Assembly: GCA_964343075.1 (NCBI GenBank)
Contig: CAYFGT010000003.1
Location: forward strand, 25,104 to 89,103
Direction of reading: 5' to 3'
From: an uncultured Dehalococcoidia bacterium
Lineage (GTDB): Bacteria > Chloroflexota > Dehalococcoidia > Lucifugimonadales > UBA3495
DNA length: 64,000 nt
This document shows, one piece after another, positions 29,289-41,902 of the stretch. The notes under the pieces were generated by a model, which saw only the letters and a list, made by a program, of their open reading frames with translations, did not search any database and was not told the origin of the DNA. Positions within the stretch are counted from its first letter, which is position 1, and each line of letters begins with the position of its first letter. Position numbers and translations under genes: made by a program.

Positions 29289-30245
29289 ATGGATAATAAT
29301 CGCAATAGGCACATGCTTGATCTAGACCAACTATCTAAGGTCCAAATTGAAGAACTGCTCGGTTCTGCTTTGAAATATAAAGACATCTTGCAACGCGACA
29401 TGAAAAAGCAAGACGAACTCAGAGGGAAAATAGTTGTCACATTGTTTTATGAGGCCAGCACGAGGACAAGGATGTCTTTTGAAGAAGCAGGTAAGATACT
29501 AGGATCTGATGTTATCAATGTGTCGGCGAGTGGGAGCAGTGTAGAAAAAGGTGAATCTTTGGTCAATACTGCTAAAACGATAGAAGCAATGAATGTGGAT
29601 GTGGTGATCATTAGGCACCCCCATTCAGGAGCACCATACATCCTTGCCGAACAGTTTGAATCTGCTTCAGTTATCAATGCGGGAGATGGAACGCACGCCC
29701 ATCCAACGCAAGCATTGCTAGATTTATTCACTATCTTAGATCATGTTGATTCTATTCAAGGGCTGAAGGTCGCGATAGTAGGCGACGTGATTCATAGCCG
29801 CGTAGCTAGATCCAATATCCATGGTCTCCTCAAGTTAGGAGCAAACGTGGTTTTGTGTGGGCCGTCAACGCTTTTGCCCAAATCAACACCATGGTCAGAA
29901 TATTATGAATCACAAGGCAGTCTGGATCTTGTGACCGATTTGGATGAAGCATTAAATAAGGCTGATGTAGTAATGACATTGAGATTGCAGAATGAACGCC
30001 AGTTATCGGGCTATATCCCTAGTGAACGAGAATACATTGCTAAATGGCAAATAAATTCTGAGAGTATAGGAAGGAACTGTCCAGATGCATGGATAATGCA
30101 TCCTGGGCCTATGAACGAAGGCATAGAAATAAGTGAATCCGTTGCAAAAGGTCCGAAATCTCTAATCCAAGAACAGGTTGAAAATGGAGTTGCTATTAGG
30201 ATGGCCGTTCTCAAATCGGTCTGTGATATAAGGAGTGGGATATGA
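29289..30245 (+). CDS. pyrB: Aspartate carbamoyltransferase catalytic subunit PyrB
   Basis: FYEASTRTR, HPTQALLD and the PGPMNEG-type blocks. An alternative start at ATG 29313 is possible. Confidence 0.95.
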   Translation: MDNNRNRHMLDLDQLSKVQIEELLGSALKYKDILQRDMKKQDELRGKIVVTLFYEASTRTRMSFEEAGKILGSDVINVSASGSSVEKGESLVNTAKTIEAMNVDVVIIRHPHSGAPYILAEQFESASVINAGDGTHAHPTQALLDLFTILDHVDSIQGLKVAIVGDVIHSRVARSNIHGLLKLGANVVLCGPSTLLPKSTPWSEYYESQGSLDLVTDLDEALNKADVVMTLRLQNERQLSGYIPSEREYIAKWQINSESIGRNCPDAWIMHPGPMNEGIEISESVAKGPKSLIQEQVENGVAIRMAVLKSVCDIRSGI

Positions 30246-31603
30246 GTACACGGAGTATTCTGCTGAAAAATGGAAGGATAATTGACCCGGTTCACAATAT
30301 GGATCAAGTAGGTGATGTTTTAATCCAAGATAATTTGATTCAGTCAGTCGGTGGTACGGTTGAAATGGAAGCTACTGCTGACTTAGTCCAAATCTCTGCG
30401 GAAGGATTAATTGTTTGTCCGGGGTTTGTAGATTTACACGCCCATCTCAGAGAACCAGGACAAGAATATAAGGAAACGATCAAGACGGGTACGAAAGCAG
30501 CTGTAAAGGGAGGATTCACTTCGGTGTGTGCGATGCCAAATACCGAACCGGCTATTGATAGCCCGTCAATGATCGAATTCGTGAAAATGAAAAGTGCTTT
30601 GGACGGGGCGTGCAGAGTCTTCCCGATTGGTGCAGTCACAAAGGAACGTAAGGGCAAATCTATAGTAGATTTTCTTGAAATGCATTCTGTAGGAGCTGTG
30701 GCGTTTAGTGACGATGGAGATCCTGTTTATGATTCTGAAATAATGCGTCTTGCCCTTGAATACGTGGGGCCCATTGATGTTCCTATCATGAATCATTGCC
30801 AAGATCTGTGTGTCGCTCCCAAAGGAGTTATGGCTGAAGGAAAAGTTTCAGAATTGTTGGGACTGAAAGGGATACCAAATTCAGTAGAAGACATAATGGT
30901 GGCGCGTGATATCGCATTGTGCAAAGCTACCGGAAGTAAAGTTCATATTTCTCATGTTAGTTCAGCTGGCTCGGTTGACTTGATTAGATTAGCAAAAGAA
31001 CAGGGAATCAATATCACGAGTGAAGTGTGTCCGCATCATTTGACACTCACAGACCAATCTGTCCTTACTGACGCAGGCCACTATACCGCTAGTCCCGGAA
31101 ACGCGTACGATACAAATTCGAAGATGTATCCTCCTCTTAGGCCAAGATCAGATGTAGAGGCCTTGATTGAAGGTCTAAAAGAAGGTGTAATTGATTGTAT
31201 AGCTACAGATCATGCTCCGCATGATGTGGTGAGTAAGAAAACCACGTTTGACAATGCCGCCTTTGGGATTAGCGTATTTGAAACTGCTATTGGTTCGTTG
31301 TTGGGCTTGGTTCACGACAATAGATTGTCTCTGCCTAAGATGGTAGAGGCTTTGACGAAGGGTCCATGTAGTGTGTTGGGGCGCTCTTTTGACCAATATA
31401 AAAGTCTACGGCAAGGAACTGTAGCTGATATTGTACTGATCAATCCAAACACCTCATGGGTGGTTGACACTGAAAAGTTTGAGTCCAAGGGCAAAAACAC
31501 ACCCCTCCATGGTAAGACGTTACAAGGACGGGTAGTCTTGACCATGGTTGACGGTGAAATTGTATTTAATGAGTTGGGCGCTGATGAAAGGAGAAACGGG
31601 TAA
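30242..31603 (+). CDS. pyrC: Dihydroorotase PyrC (class I, long form)
   Basis: GFVDLHAHLREPG...GGFTSVCAMPNT...ATDHAPH; 4-nt overlap with pyrB. Confidence 0.9.
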   Translation: MSTRSILLKNGRIIDPVHNMDQVGDVLIQDNLIQSVGGTVEMEATADLVQISAEGLIVCPGFVDLHAHLREPGQEYKETIKTGTKAAVKGGFTSVCAMPNTEPAIDSPSMIEFVKMKSALDGACRVFPIGAVTKERKGKSIVDFLEMHSVGAVAFSDDGDPVYDSEIMRLALEYVGPIDVPIMNHCQDLCVAPKGVMAEGKVSELLGLKGIPNSVEDIMVARDIALCKATGSKVHISHVSSAGSVDLIRLAKEQGINITSEVCPHHLTLTDQSVLTDAGHYTASPGNAYDTNSKMYPPLRPRSDVEALIEGLKEGVIDCIATDHAPHDVVSKKTTFDNAAFGISVFETAIGSLLGLVHDNRLSLPKMVEALTKGPCSVLGRSFDQYKSLRQGTVADIVLINPNTSWVVDTEKFESKGKNTPLHGKTLQGRVVLTMVDGEIVFNELGADERRNG

Positions 31604-31606
31604 TTT

Positions 31607-32701
31607 ATGAATCGTTACTTGGTACTAGAAGATGGGTCAATGTTTTCAGGAATTGGTTTTGGAGGGCATTCAGAAACTAGTGGAGAAATGGTCTTCAATA
31701 CGACTATGACGGGGTATCAAGAAGTGCTGACGGACCCATCCTATGCAGGTCAAATCGTCAATATGACTTATCCTCTCATTGGAAACTACGGAATAAATGC
31801 TTCTGATTCAGAATCATCTCGAATACAAGTATCAGGCATGGTCGTGAGGGAATTATGCGACATGCCTAGCCATTCACTCAGTGTTGAAACACTGGATAAT
31901 TTTATGAGGATGCAAGACATACCTGGAATAAGGAACCTTGACACGAGATCTATAGCTAAACGCATTCGTACGAGTGGTGTAATGAGAGGGTTATTAACAG
32001 ATAACTCAGACGTTGCGGCAGGGTTGCATCGTCTAAAATCAATGGAAGCTTACGGAGATACAAACTTCGTAAATGGTGTGAGTACTGACAAGGTCACTCC
32101 AATTGAAGGAGGTCACATTAATGCCGATAGCCCTAGGATTGTTATAAGTGACTGTGGTGTTAAGAACAATATTATTAGGATGTTAAATTCCCGTGGATGC
32201 GAAGTTATATCAGTCCCTGACGACACTGATTATCAAGACATTTTAAGACTCGAGCCTGATGGATTATTGGTGTCTCCTGGTCCGGGAGATCCTAAACTAT
32301 TGGAATATATAGGTGATAACATCCGCCAATTACTGGATAAAATGCCGATTATGGGGATATGTTTGGGCCATCAAATCATCGCAGAAAGTTTGGGTGCAAA
32401 GACGTTTAAACTTAAATTTGGCCACCGTGGTGGAAACCATCCAGTCCAAGACCTTCGGACGAATAAAGTATATATAACTGCTCAAAATCACGGATACGCA
32501 GTAGATCCTCAATCTCTACCTGATCAATTGAAGGTTTCGCACATCAATTTGAACGATGGTACAGTCGAAGGATTAGTACATGCCCACTTACCTTTGTTTA
32601 CGATTCAATACCACTCCGAAGCATCTCCGGGTCCAATGGACAACATGTATCTGTTCGATCAATTTGTGAATTCTGTTCGCTACGCAAAGGAGAATGCGTA
32701 A
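31607..32701 (+). CDS. carA: Carbamoyl-phosphate synthase small (glutaminase) subunit CarA
   Basis: LVLEDGSMFSG..., TDPSYAGQIV..TYPLIGNYG, the catalytic GICLGHQ, and HGYAV...HSEASPGP. Confidence 0.95.
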   Translation: MNRYLVLEDGSMFSGIGFGGHSETSGEMVFNTTMTGYQEVLTDPSYAGQIVNMTYPLIGNYGINASDSESSRIQVSGMVVRELCDMPSHSLSVETLDNFMRMQDIPGIRNLDTRSIAKRIRTSGVMRGLLTDNSDVAAGLHRLKSMEAYGDTNFVNGVSTDKVTPIEGGHINADSPRIVISDCGVKNNIIRMLNSRGCEVISVPDDTDYQDILRLEPDGLLVSPGPGDPKLLEYIGDNIRQLLDKMPIMGICLGHQIIAESLGAKTFKLKFGHRGGNHPVQDLRTNKVYITAQNHGYAVDPQSLPDQLKVSHINLNDGTVEGLVHAHLPLFTIQYHSEASPGPMDNMYLFDQFVNSVRYAKENA

Positions 32702-33100
32702 ATGCTGTTTTCTGAGGTGTTGTTGGAACAGGGAATTGATGTCGAATTACCTTTAGAGATTGAACAAATTCTTGATATCCTTGATGAAGAGATACCAGGG
32801 ATTAAAATTGAAGGTAAACAATATGCCATAGATACTGTAAATAGAGCTTCGTTCGGTAAAGAATGGGAAATAGTGGTCAAAGTCTCTGAAAGAAATCTGG
32901 CTGATATTCAGGTAGCGATGATTAATCTAACTATTCAAGAAGATGGAAATGTGCTGTTTACTGTTCCTCCGAGGATAAATGAATTGGATTTCGAACGGGA
33001 TCCTAAGGGTGCTTTATATGGAAGAATGATATTTTCTTTACTGAATGTGTTTCAAACTAGAGGGTTCTTGGATCTTCCAGGGAGGTTGCCAATCGAATGA
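32702..33100 (+). CDS. Hypothetical acidic protein inserted between carA and carB
   Basis: 132-aa ORF. Its ATG directly abuts the carA TAA (TAAATG). I recognise no motif. Coding status is inferred from its position inside a tight operon. Confidence 0.5.
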   Translation: MLFSEVLLEQGIDVELPLEIEQILDILDEEIPGIKIEGKQYAIDTVNRASFGKEWEIVVKVSERNLADIQVAMINLTIQEDGNVLFTVPPRINELDFERDPKGALYGRMIFSLLNVFQTRGFLDLPGRLPIE

Positions 33101-33128
33101 AAAAAGATATAGATGGAGTGATACATTA

Positions 33129-36426
<3,298 letters not shown>

Positions 36427-36437
<11 letters not shown>

Positions 36438-37383
36438 GCTTTGTGCCTACATTCTGTTTGATTGCCTGATCATAAGCTAGTTTCGCGGCTGCTACGTCTG
36501 CGACCCCAGTGCCCATCATTTTGGCTAGGATAATGTCGGATGTAGATTCTCTGCCTGGTACCGTCCCTGCGACGATGTGCCGTAGTTCCACAAGTTGACT
36601 CATTTGTAGGTCTCCCCGGTCTTGGGCTTCGCTTAGGTCTCCCGATTCGATGTTCACTTGTTCTAAAGAATCCACAACATACTTGTCGGCTCTCTTGATG
36701 ACTTCGTCGTCAAGCTCTCGTGCTCTCCAACTGGTAGGTCCAGCTGCTATTACAGTAGCGCCTGCATTAAGATATTTGCCTTCCACTACGGGTTCCATTG
36801 TGGCAGCTACGCAGACTATTACATCAGAGGATGAAACAAGTTCTTCTGCAGATGAAACGGATTTAGATGGTATATTCAGTTCGGACGTAATGGTCTTTGA
36901 AAACGCCTCTCGATTACTAGGGGTTTTACTGTAAACTATTACCTCCTTTGGAGTTTGGATTAAAGATATGGCTTCTATTTGAGTAAAAGCTTGATTTCCT
37001 GATCCGATTATCCCTACGGTCGGCATCGAATTTTCACGGGATAAGTATTTGGTGGCCAGAGCAGTAGTAGCTCCAGTACGCAGCTGCCCTAATCTGTTTG
37101 CTTGAGTGTAGCACAGGAGTTCGCCTGTCGTTGTATCGTATAAGCTGACTTGGAATGAGTACTTGCCCTGGAAAACGGTGTATGTTTTAACTCCCATGAC
37201 ATTGTCATAGAATAGGGCTCCACCCATCACGGCAAGCATACCTTTGCTCCCGATTATTTTACGGCGACCGAGATTTGTAGAATTCCCAAGACCGAATTGT
37301 TTTTGCATTTCTTCGATGGTTGTGAGCATTCCTTGCATATCGACTAAAGTTCTTACTTCATTGTCATTTAAAATTATTGCCAC
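36427..37383 (-). CDS. Ornithine cyclodeaminase / mu-crystallin family protein
   Basis: 318 aa with the family-typical N-terminus (...LNDNEVRTLVDM...), an internal Rossmann motif GIIGSGNQA, and ...RLGQLRTGATTALA.... Confidence 0.85.
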
Positions 37384-37385
37384 TA

Positions 37386-38906
37386 TCAGGTCTCCTGTTT
37401 CTTTTGTTGATTACCTTTGTATTGGAACATAGCCACAAAACTGCCTGCTAGCATGATCCATACTACTGTTAGTGCAGAGTTCCTGAATCCTTGTATATAT
37501 GAAGCTTGCAAGTCAAGGATCGACACTGACTCTGTGACTAAAGGCACAGATAAACCGACTATGGCTGCTGCGGTTATGGTTCCGACTGTATGCCCCATTT
37601 GACGCGTTGTCTCTAACATGCCTGATGCGAAGCTGCGGTCTTGGGGCAGTGTGTTCATGACCAGTGCATTGTTAGGGGAGTTGAATAATGCAGAACCGAT
37701 AGAAGCAGGGAATAACAAAACGGGCAGAATGTATATTGGAATTTGATGTGCGAACAAACCTAATAAGCCAATTCCAATAGCGATGAACAATAATGATGCG
37801 GGGCGTAGCCATTTAGGCTGATATCGGTCGTAAAGCCATCCGGCTATGATTGGCAAGAATAGACCCATTGATTGGTGTGGTAATAGAACAAGCATTGTGA
37901 TGCTTGGGGTATACCCGAGGCCAACCTCAACGATGATAGGCATGAGAGTTAACACAGATAGCATAGACAAATGGAAGGTAGTATTGCTAAACAGGGCCAT
38001 TGAAAAGTATGTCTCTTTAAAGTACCCAAAATTAAGGAAAGGGTTTTTTGACCCCAGTTGAGTTGCAAAGAAAATCAAAAAGAGAATTAAGAATATACCA
38101 AGCATTGCAGGATGGTATATTAATGCTGTTTCAGTTAAGAATGAGTCTGGGCCGGAATCCCAAAGGGTATGTAGGTGTATCCCCATAAGTATGAAAGCTA
38201 ATAATGACAGAATCATCAAGGATGGGCCCAATATGCCCAAAGGCTGGGATGCTTGACTGTCTGCTACTTTTACAAGTTCAAATTTGAATAGTGGCCATGT
38301 CAGCCATAGTGCGAATATCCCTATGGGTACTGATGTAAGAAACACCATTCTCCAGCCATAGCCAGACGGCATGTATTCTAGTAACAAACCAAATACTACT
38401 AGGCCGATCATGGTTCCTATCCTGGCTGAAGTGACAGGTATTGCAAATGCTCTGCCACGTTCGTTGTCTATAAATCCGATTACTAGCAATGAGTTGAGAT
38501 TAGCGCTAATTAGAGCTCCTCCAAAGCCCACTCCAGCGCTCCATAAGAGTAATTGCAAGTAATATTGCGAACTAGCAGCTAGGGCGCTAGAAACTGTGAG
38601 CAGTATTAGCCCTATGAAAAATACTTTTAATGTGCCGTAGCGTTGGCCTAATCTTGCCGCTAGGAACACAGTGCTTCCTAATATAAGTAACCTTATTACC
38701 ACCATCCACGCCCCTTGAGTATAAGAAATATCAAAATATCGGGCAACTGAAGGCACTGCTATTGTGATCGGTAATTGGGATAACTGCATCAAAAGTTGCG
38801 CTATGGAGAGGCAAAGCAAAATTCTTCTTCGTTCAGGTGTTGACCCTAATTCTTTGAAGGCACCCACTATGTTAAGCCTATGGGCGATGGTTCTTAAAAT
38901 ATCCAC
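37386..38906 (-). CDS. MFS transporter (14-TM DHA2/EmrB-like size class)
   Basis: 506 aa, strongly hydrophobic throughout, with a GQRYG loop after TM2. It is separated from the downstream cyclodeaminase gene by 2 nt. Confidence 0.8.
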   Translation of the reverse strand: MDILRTIAHRLNIVGAFKELGSTPERRRILLCLSIAQLLMQLSQLPITIAVPSVARYFDISYTQGAWMVVIRLLILGSTVFLAARLGQRYGTLKVFFIGLILLTVSSALAASSQYYLQLLLWSAGVGFGGALISANLNSLLVIGFIDNERGRAFAIPVTSARIGTMIGLVVFGLLLEYMPSGYGWRMVFLTSVPIGIFALWLTWPLFKFELVKVADSQASQPLGILGPSLMILSLLAFILMGIHLHTLWDSGPDSFLTETALIYHPAMLGIFLILFLIFFATQLGSKNPFLNFGYFKETYFSMALFSNTTFHLSMLSVLTLMPIIVEVGLGYTPSITMLVLLPHQSMGLFLPIIAGWLYDRYQPKWLRPASLLFIAIGIGLLGLFAHQIPIYILPVLLFPASIGSALFNSPNNALVMNTLPQDRSFASGMLETTRQMGHTVGTITAAAIVGLSVPLVTESVSILDLQASYIQGFRNSALTVVWIMLAGSFVAMFQYKGNQQKKQET

Positions 38907-38939
38907 ATGTCGTTCCTATAGCGTAAATTGGCGTGGGTG

Positions 38940-39182
38940 TTACTTCTTGAAAAATGCGTTGTTGATTTCTCGAAAGTGATCATATTTAGGAGGCAGATTG
39001 AATCCATCAAATATAGCTTGGACAGGACATACTGTTTCGCAGTATGCGCAGTCGATGCAATTAGGACCGTCTATATAGTATTGTTCAGCTTCGTCGGTGG
39101 TGTGAATGCAGTCGACGGGGCAGACGTCTACACAACTTGCATCCTTTACTCCTATACAAGGCTCAGTTATTACAAATACCAT
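38940..39182 (-). CDS. Ferredoxin (FdxA-like, 7Fe/2x[4Fe-4S] type)
   Basis: VITEPCIGVKDASCVDVCPVDCIH...CIDCAYCETVCPVQAI contains the classic cysteine clusters. Confidence 0.85.
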   Translation of the reverse strand: MVFVITEPCIGVKDASCVDVCPVDCIHTTDEAEQYYIDGPNCIDCAYCETVCPVQAIFDGFNLPPKYDHFREINNAFFKK

Positions 39183-39196
39183 TACAACAAATCCCG

Positions 39197-39225
39197 TTGA
39201 CAGTGTTGATTAATTACTGTAGTAT
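39197..39225 (+). promoter_or_regulatory. Candidate promoter of the LysR-family gene (TTGACA-17 nt-TAGTAT)
   Basis: TTGACA at 39197-39202 and TAGTAT at 39220-39225. Confidence 0.45.
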
Positions 39226-39260
39226 CATGTTTCTTGATAATTTCTATAATGAATTTGCAT

Positions 39261-39300
39261 AAAACATGATAATGTTTGAATATTCTCGCTAATATGAGAA
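39261..39300. promoter_or_regulatory. Two palindromes in the ferredoxin/LysR divergent region (candidate operator sites)
   Basis: AAACAT-gata-ATGTTT at 39261-39276 and ATTCTC-gctaatat-GAGAAT at 39281-39300. The second fits the loose LTTR T-N11-A style dyad. Confidence 0.35.
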
Positions 39301-39349
39301 TCTTTGTCAATAGAATTGGTAGTTAAATTGGTGCAAGAGAAGGGAAATA

Positions 39350-40267
39350 ATGGAACTTAGAGAAATAATCAGTTTTTATCACGTTGCGCGACTTAAAAGT
39401 GTTTCGAAGGCAGCTAAAAGGTTAGAATTAGGCCAACCTACTGTGACGACCCATTTAAAAAAACTAGAAGAAGAATTTGAATTAGTGTTATTCGATCGAA
39501 TTAAAAGGCCAATCCAATTAACTTCGGAAGGAGGGTCATTCTTGGAATTAGTGACCCCGGTTGTAGAGTCAATCGACAAATTGAAGAATTCTATGAATTA
39601 TTCCGAAGGCAGAGGCTCCTTCATAGTTGGCGGATATTCTGATTTGGTATTGAATCATTTGCCGGATTCCGTTCAAGAATTTAGCAGTTTGTACCCTCAT
39701 GTCCGGATTCAATTAATTCCAGGCCCTTATTTTGATTTAATGAGTCAATTAAAATCCGGAGAAATCGATATAGCACTGTGTACGTCTCCTGTTGTAGAAG
39801 ATGGAGCGTTAGATTTTCAACGCTTGTTCGACTACGATATCCTGCTGTTGACCCCTCCTGGGCACCCGCTTACTTCCACTTCATCACCTGATTTAGCTGA
39901 AGTGGCCAAATATCCTTTGATTCTTAATAGCCCGCATAGTTATAATCGCCAAATATTGGATCAAGCCTTTAGGGATGAGGGACTTAGTTATGAATCGGTC
40001 CTTGAAATGGATAACACAGAATTGATCAAGAGATATGTTGAAACCGGGATTGGGGTCGCCTTATGTCCGGGGTATGCTTTACACCCAGAGGATTATGCCC
40101 ATTTAGGAGTGGTTACCATGCCCCATGTAGTCCCCACAGGATCTATTGGGCTATGCACTTTGAAAGGTAAATTCTTGGGCCCTGCTGTTAGTAACTTTAT
40201 GAGTATAGTGGTCAAGCACTTAGAGAATCACAAACTGCCTGCTTCTAAATTGTTATCAACCAAGTGA
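39350..40267 (+). CDS. LysR-family transcriptional regulator
   Basis: N-terminal wHTH LREIISFYHVARLKSVSKAAKRLELGQPTVTTHLKKLEEEF followed by a periplasmic-binding-like effector domain. Confidence 0.9.
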   Translation: MELREIISFYHVARLKSVSKAAKRLELGQPTVTTHLKKLEEEFELVLFDRIKRPIQLTSEGGSFLELVTPVVESIDKLKNSMNYSEGRGSFIVGGYSDLVLNHLPDSVQEFSSLYPHVRIQLIPGPYFDLMSQLKSGEIDIALCTSPVVEDGALDFQRLFDYDILLLTPPGHPLTSTSSPDLAEVAKYPLILNSPHSYNRQILDQAFRDEGLSYESVLEMDNTELIKRYVETGIGVALCPGYALHPEDYAHLGVVTMPHVVPTGSIGLCTLKGKFLGPAVSNFMSIVVKHLENHKLPASKLLSTK

Positions 40268-40287
40268 TGCGTAATCTAATCAGAGGA

Positions 40288-41106
40288 CTATGAATGGCTA
40301 CGGGTAACATCATTGATTTGGGATTTCAACGTGCTCGTAGCTAATCGAGCTGCTTCTCGGAAATTGTCGGCGTTGTCACCGGCGTAAAGGATCCCTCTGG
40401 ACGAATTTATTATGAACGGACTGGTTGATTCCACGTGAGGCAACACTGCTGCTTCTAAGTCGCCACCTTGGGCTCCCACCCCTGGGATCAAGAAAGGTAC
40501 GTTTAAAGCCTTTTGTCGGATACTATTCATTTCTTCTGGGAATGTAGCACCTACTACGAAGCCAACATTACTGTGAACGTTCAGTTCAAGTCCCATTCCA
40601 ACAACTTTTTCGTATAAAGTCCGATCTCCGTCTTCTATTTGGAGATCTTGCAAGTCTTTAGAACCGGGATTCGAGCCCTTTGCCCAAATGAACACCCCCT
40701 TCGAAGGGTCTTTCGTGTATGGCTCTATAGTTTCTGACCCTCCCCATGGGTTTACTGTTATTGCGTCGAAACGCCACACATCTAGCAGGGCTGTAGCATA
40801 GGCCGCAGCGGAGGGTCCTATATCTCCTCTTTTGGCGTCTCCAATGATTAAAGTGTCAGGGGCATTCTGCTTCACATGATCTATAGTGTCACGGAGGATC
40901 TTTAATCCAGGTAATCCAAGGGCTTCATAGAATGCCAAATTTGGTTTATATGCTGCTACTAGATCGTGAGTTGAATCTATGATGCTACGATTAAATTCAA
41001 GTAGATTTGGAATAGGCACTCGGCGAGGGTCTAGATCTAAACCGACACACACGTTGCTATTTTTGATTTTGATAATCTGACTAAGGATAGTGTTAAAATT
41101 TGTCAT
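40288..41106 (-). CDS. pyrF: Orotidine-5'-phosphate decarboxylase PyrF (type 2, long form)
   Basis: VCVGLDLDP...YKPNLAFYEA...IGDAKRGDIG...NPW.G are conserved blocks; 272 aa. Confidence 0.9.
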   Translation of the reverse strand: MTNFNTILSQIIKIKNSNVCVGLDLDPRRVPIPNLLEFNRSIIDSTHDLVAAYKPNLAFYEALGLPGLKILRDTIDHVKQNAPDTLIIGDAKRGDIGPSAAAYATALLDVWRFDAITVNPWGGSETIEPYTKDPSKGVFIWAKGSNPGSKDLQDLQIEDGDRTLYEKVVGMGLELNVHSNVGFVVGATFPEEMNSIRQKALNVPFLIPGVGAQGGDLEAAVLPHVESTSPFIINSSRGILYAGDNADNFREAARLATSTLKSQINDVTRSHS

Positions 41107-41158
41107 GAGAATACGGTATGAGTGTATATAAAAGTTTTGTAGAGTAAGTATACATCAC

Positions 41159-41836
41159 ATGAGCATCAATTCGACAAGAAGTAGTTTACATAAAATATTT
41201 AGAACAATGCGTGATAGGTACGATGTTAGCGCGTGGTGGAAATTGGAATCTAAGTTAGAAATTGTTTGGGGAGCTATTCTTGTGCAAAATACTTCATGGA
41301 GGAATGCAAGTTTAGCATTAGAGGGTTTAGCTGAAGCAGGAATCAAGACAATAGGGCAGATAAATGAATTACCGGCAGAAAATCTAGAGCGAGTGATAAA
41401 ATCTTCAGGATTTTACAGAACTAAAGCGATCACTATAAAAGGATTCTCTAAGTTGGTAACGGATTTATATAGCGGAGATCTAGACAAATTTTTGGAAAGG
41501 CCGGTGGCACATCTTCGTGAAGAACTGTTGTCAATTAAAGGAATAGGTGAAGAAACTGCAGATGACATAATTTTGTACGCCTCTCATAAACCTGTATTTG
41601 TAATAGATAAATTTACCAGGAGAATATTGGGTCGGTATGGGATAGGATTAAATACCTCAAAATATTCTAAATGGCAGGAAATGTTCCATTCTAATTTAGA
41701 CCATAATGCTTCATATTTTCAGGATTTTCACGCGTTGCTAGTCAAATTGGGACAGGATCATTGCCGCACAATACCTAAATGCGTGAGGTGTTGCCTAAAA
41801 TTGGACTGCAAAACTGGGTTGAAAAACTGTATGTAA
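41159..41836 (+). CDS. Endonuclease III-related HhH-GPD family protein with a C-terminal Fe-S cysteine cluster
   Basis: WW...EIVWGAILVQNTSWRNA, the HhH LLSIKGIGEETADDIILY, and C-terminal CRTIPKCVRCCLKLDC. Confidence 0.8.
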   Translation: MSINSTRSSLHKIFRTMRDRYDVSAWWKLESKLEIVWGAILVQNTSWRNASLALEGLAEAGIKTIGQINELPAENLERVIKSSGFYRTKAITIKGFSKLVTDLYSGDLDKFLERPVAHLREELLSIKGIGEETADDIILYASHKPVFVIDKFTRRILGRYGIGLNTSKYSKWQEMFHSNLDHNASYFQDFHALLVKLGQDHCRTIPKCVRCCLKLDCKTGLKNCM

Positions 41837-41902
41837 GGTGTATACTGCGCTGAATCGTAAAACTAACTTTCGATTTACATAGGAAATAGGAGTGAATAAA
41901 GA

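Noticed and set aside
33045-33128. The track start for carB, which gives a 1130-aa protein
   Set aside because: The extra 28 residues (MCFKLEGSWIFQGGCQSNEKRYRWSDTL) have no CarB homology and overlap the upstream 132-aa ORF. GTG 33129 or ATG 33138 behind a GGAG RBS gives the canonical N-terminus ...RVLVIGSGPIVIGQ.
41107-41158. An inverted repeat TGTATA...TATACA between pyrF and the endonuclease III-like gene, considered as a regulatory site
   Set aside because: The arms are only 6 bp and are separated by about 21 nt in an AT-rich 52-nt divergent spacer. This is compatible with chance and with overlapping -10-like sequences, and there is no supporting context.
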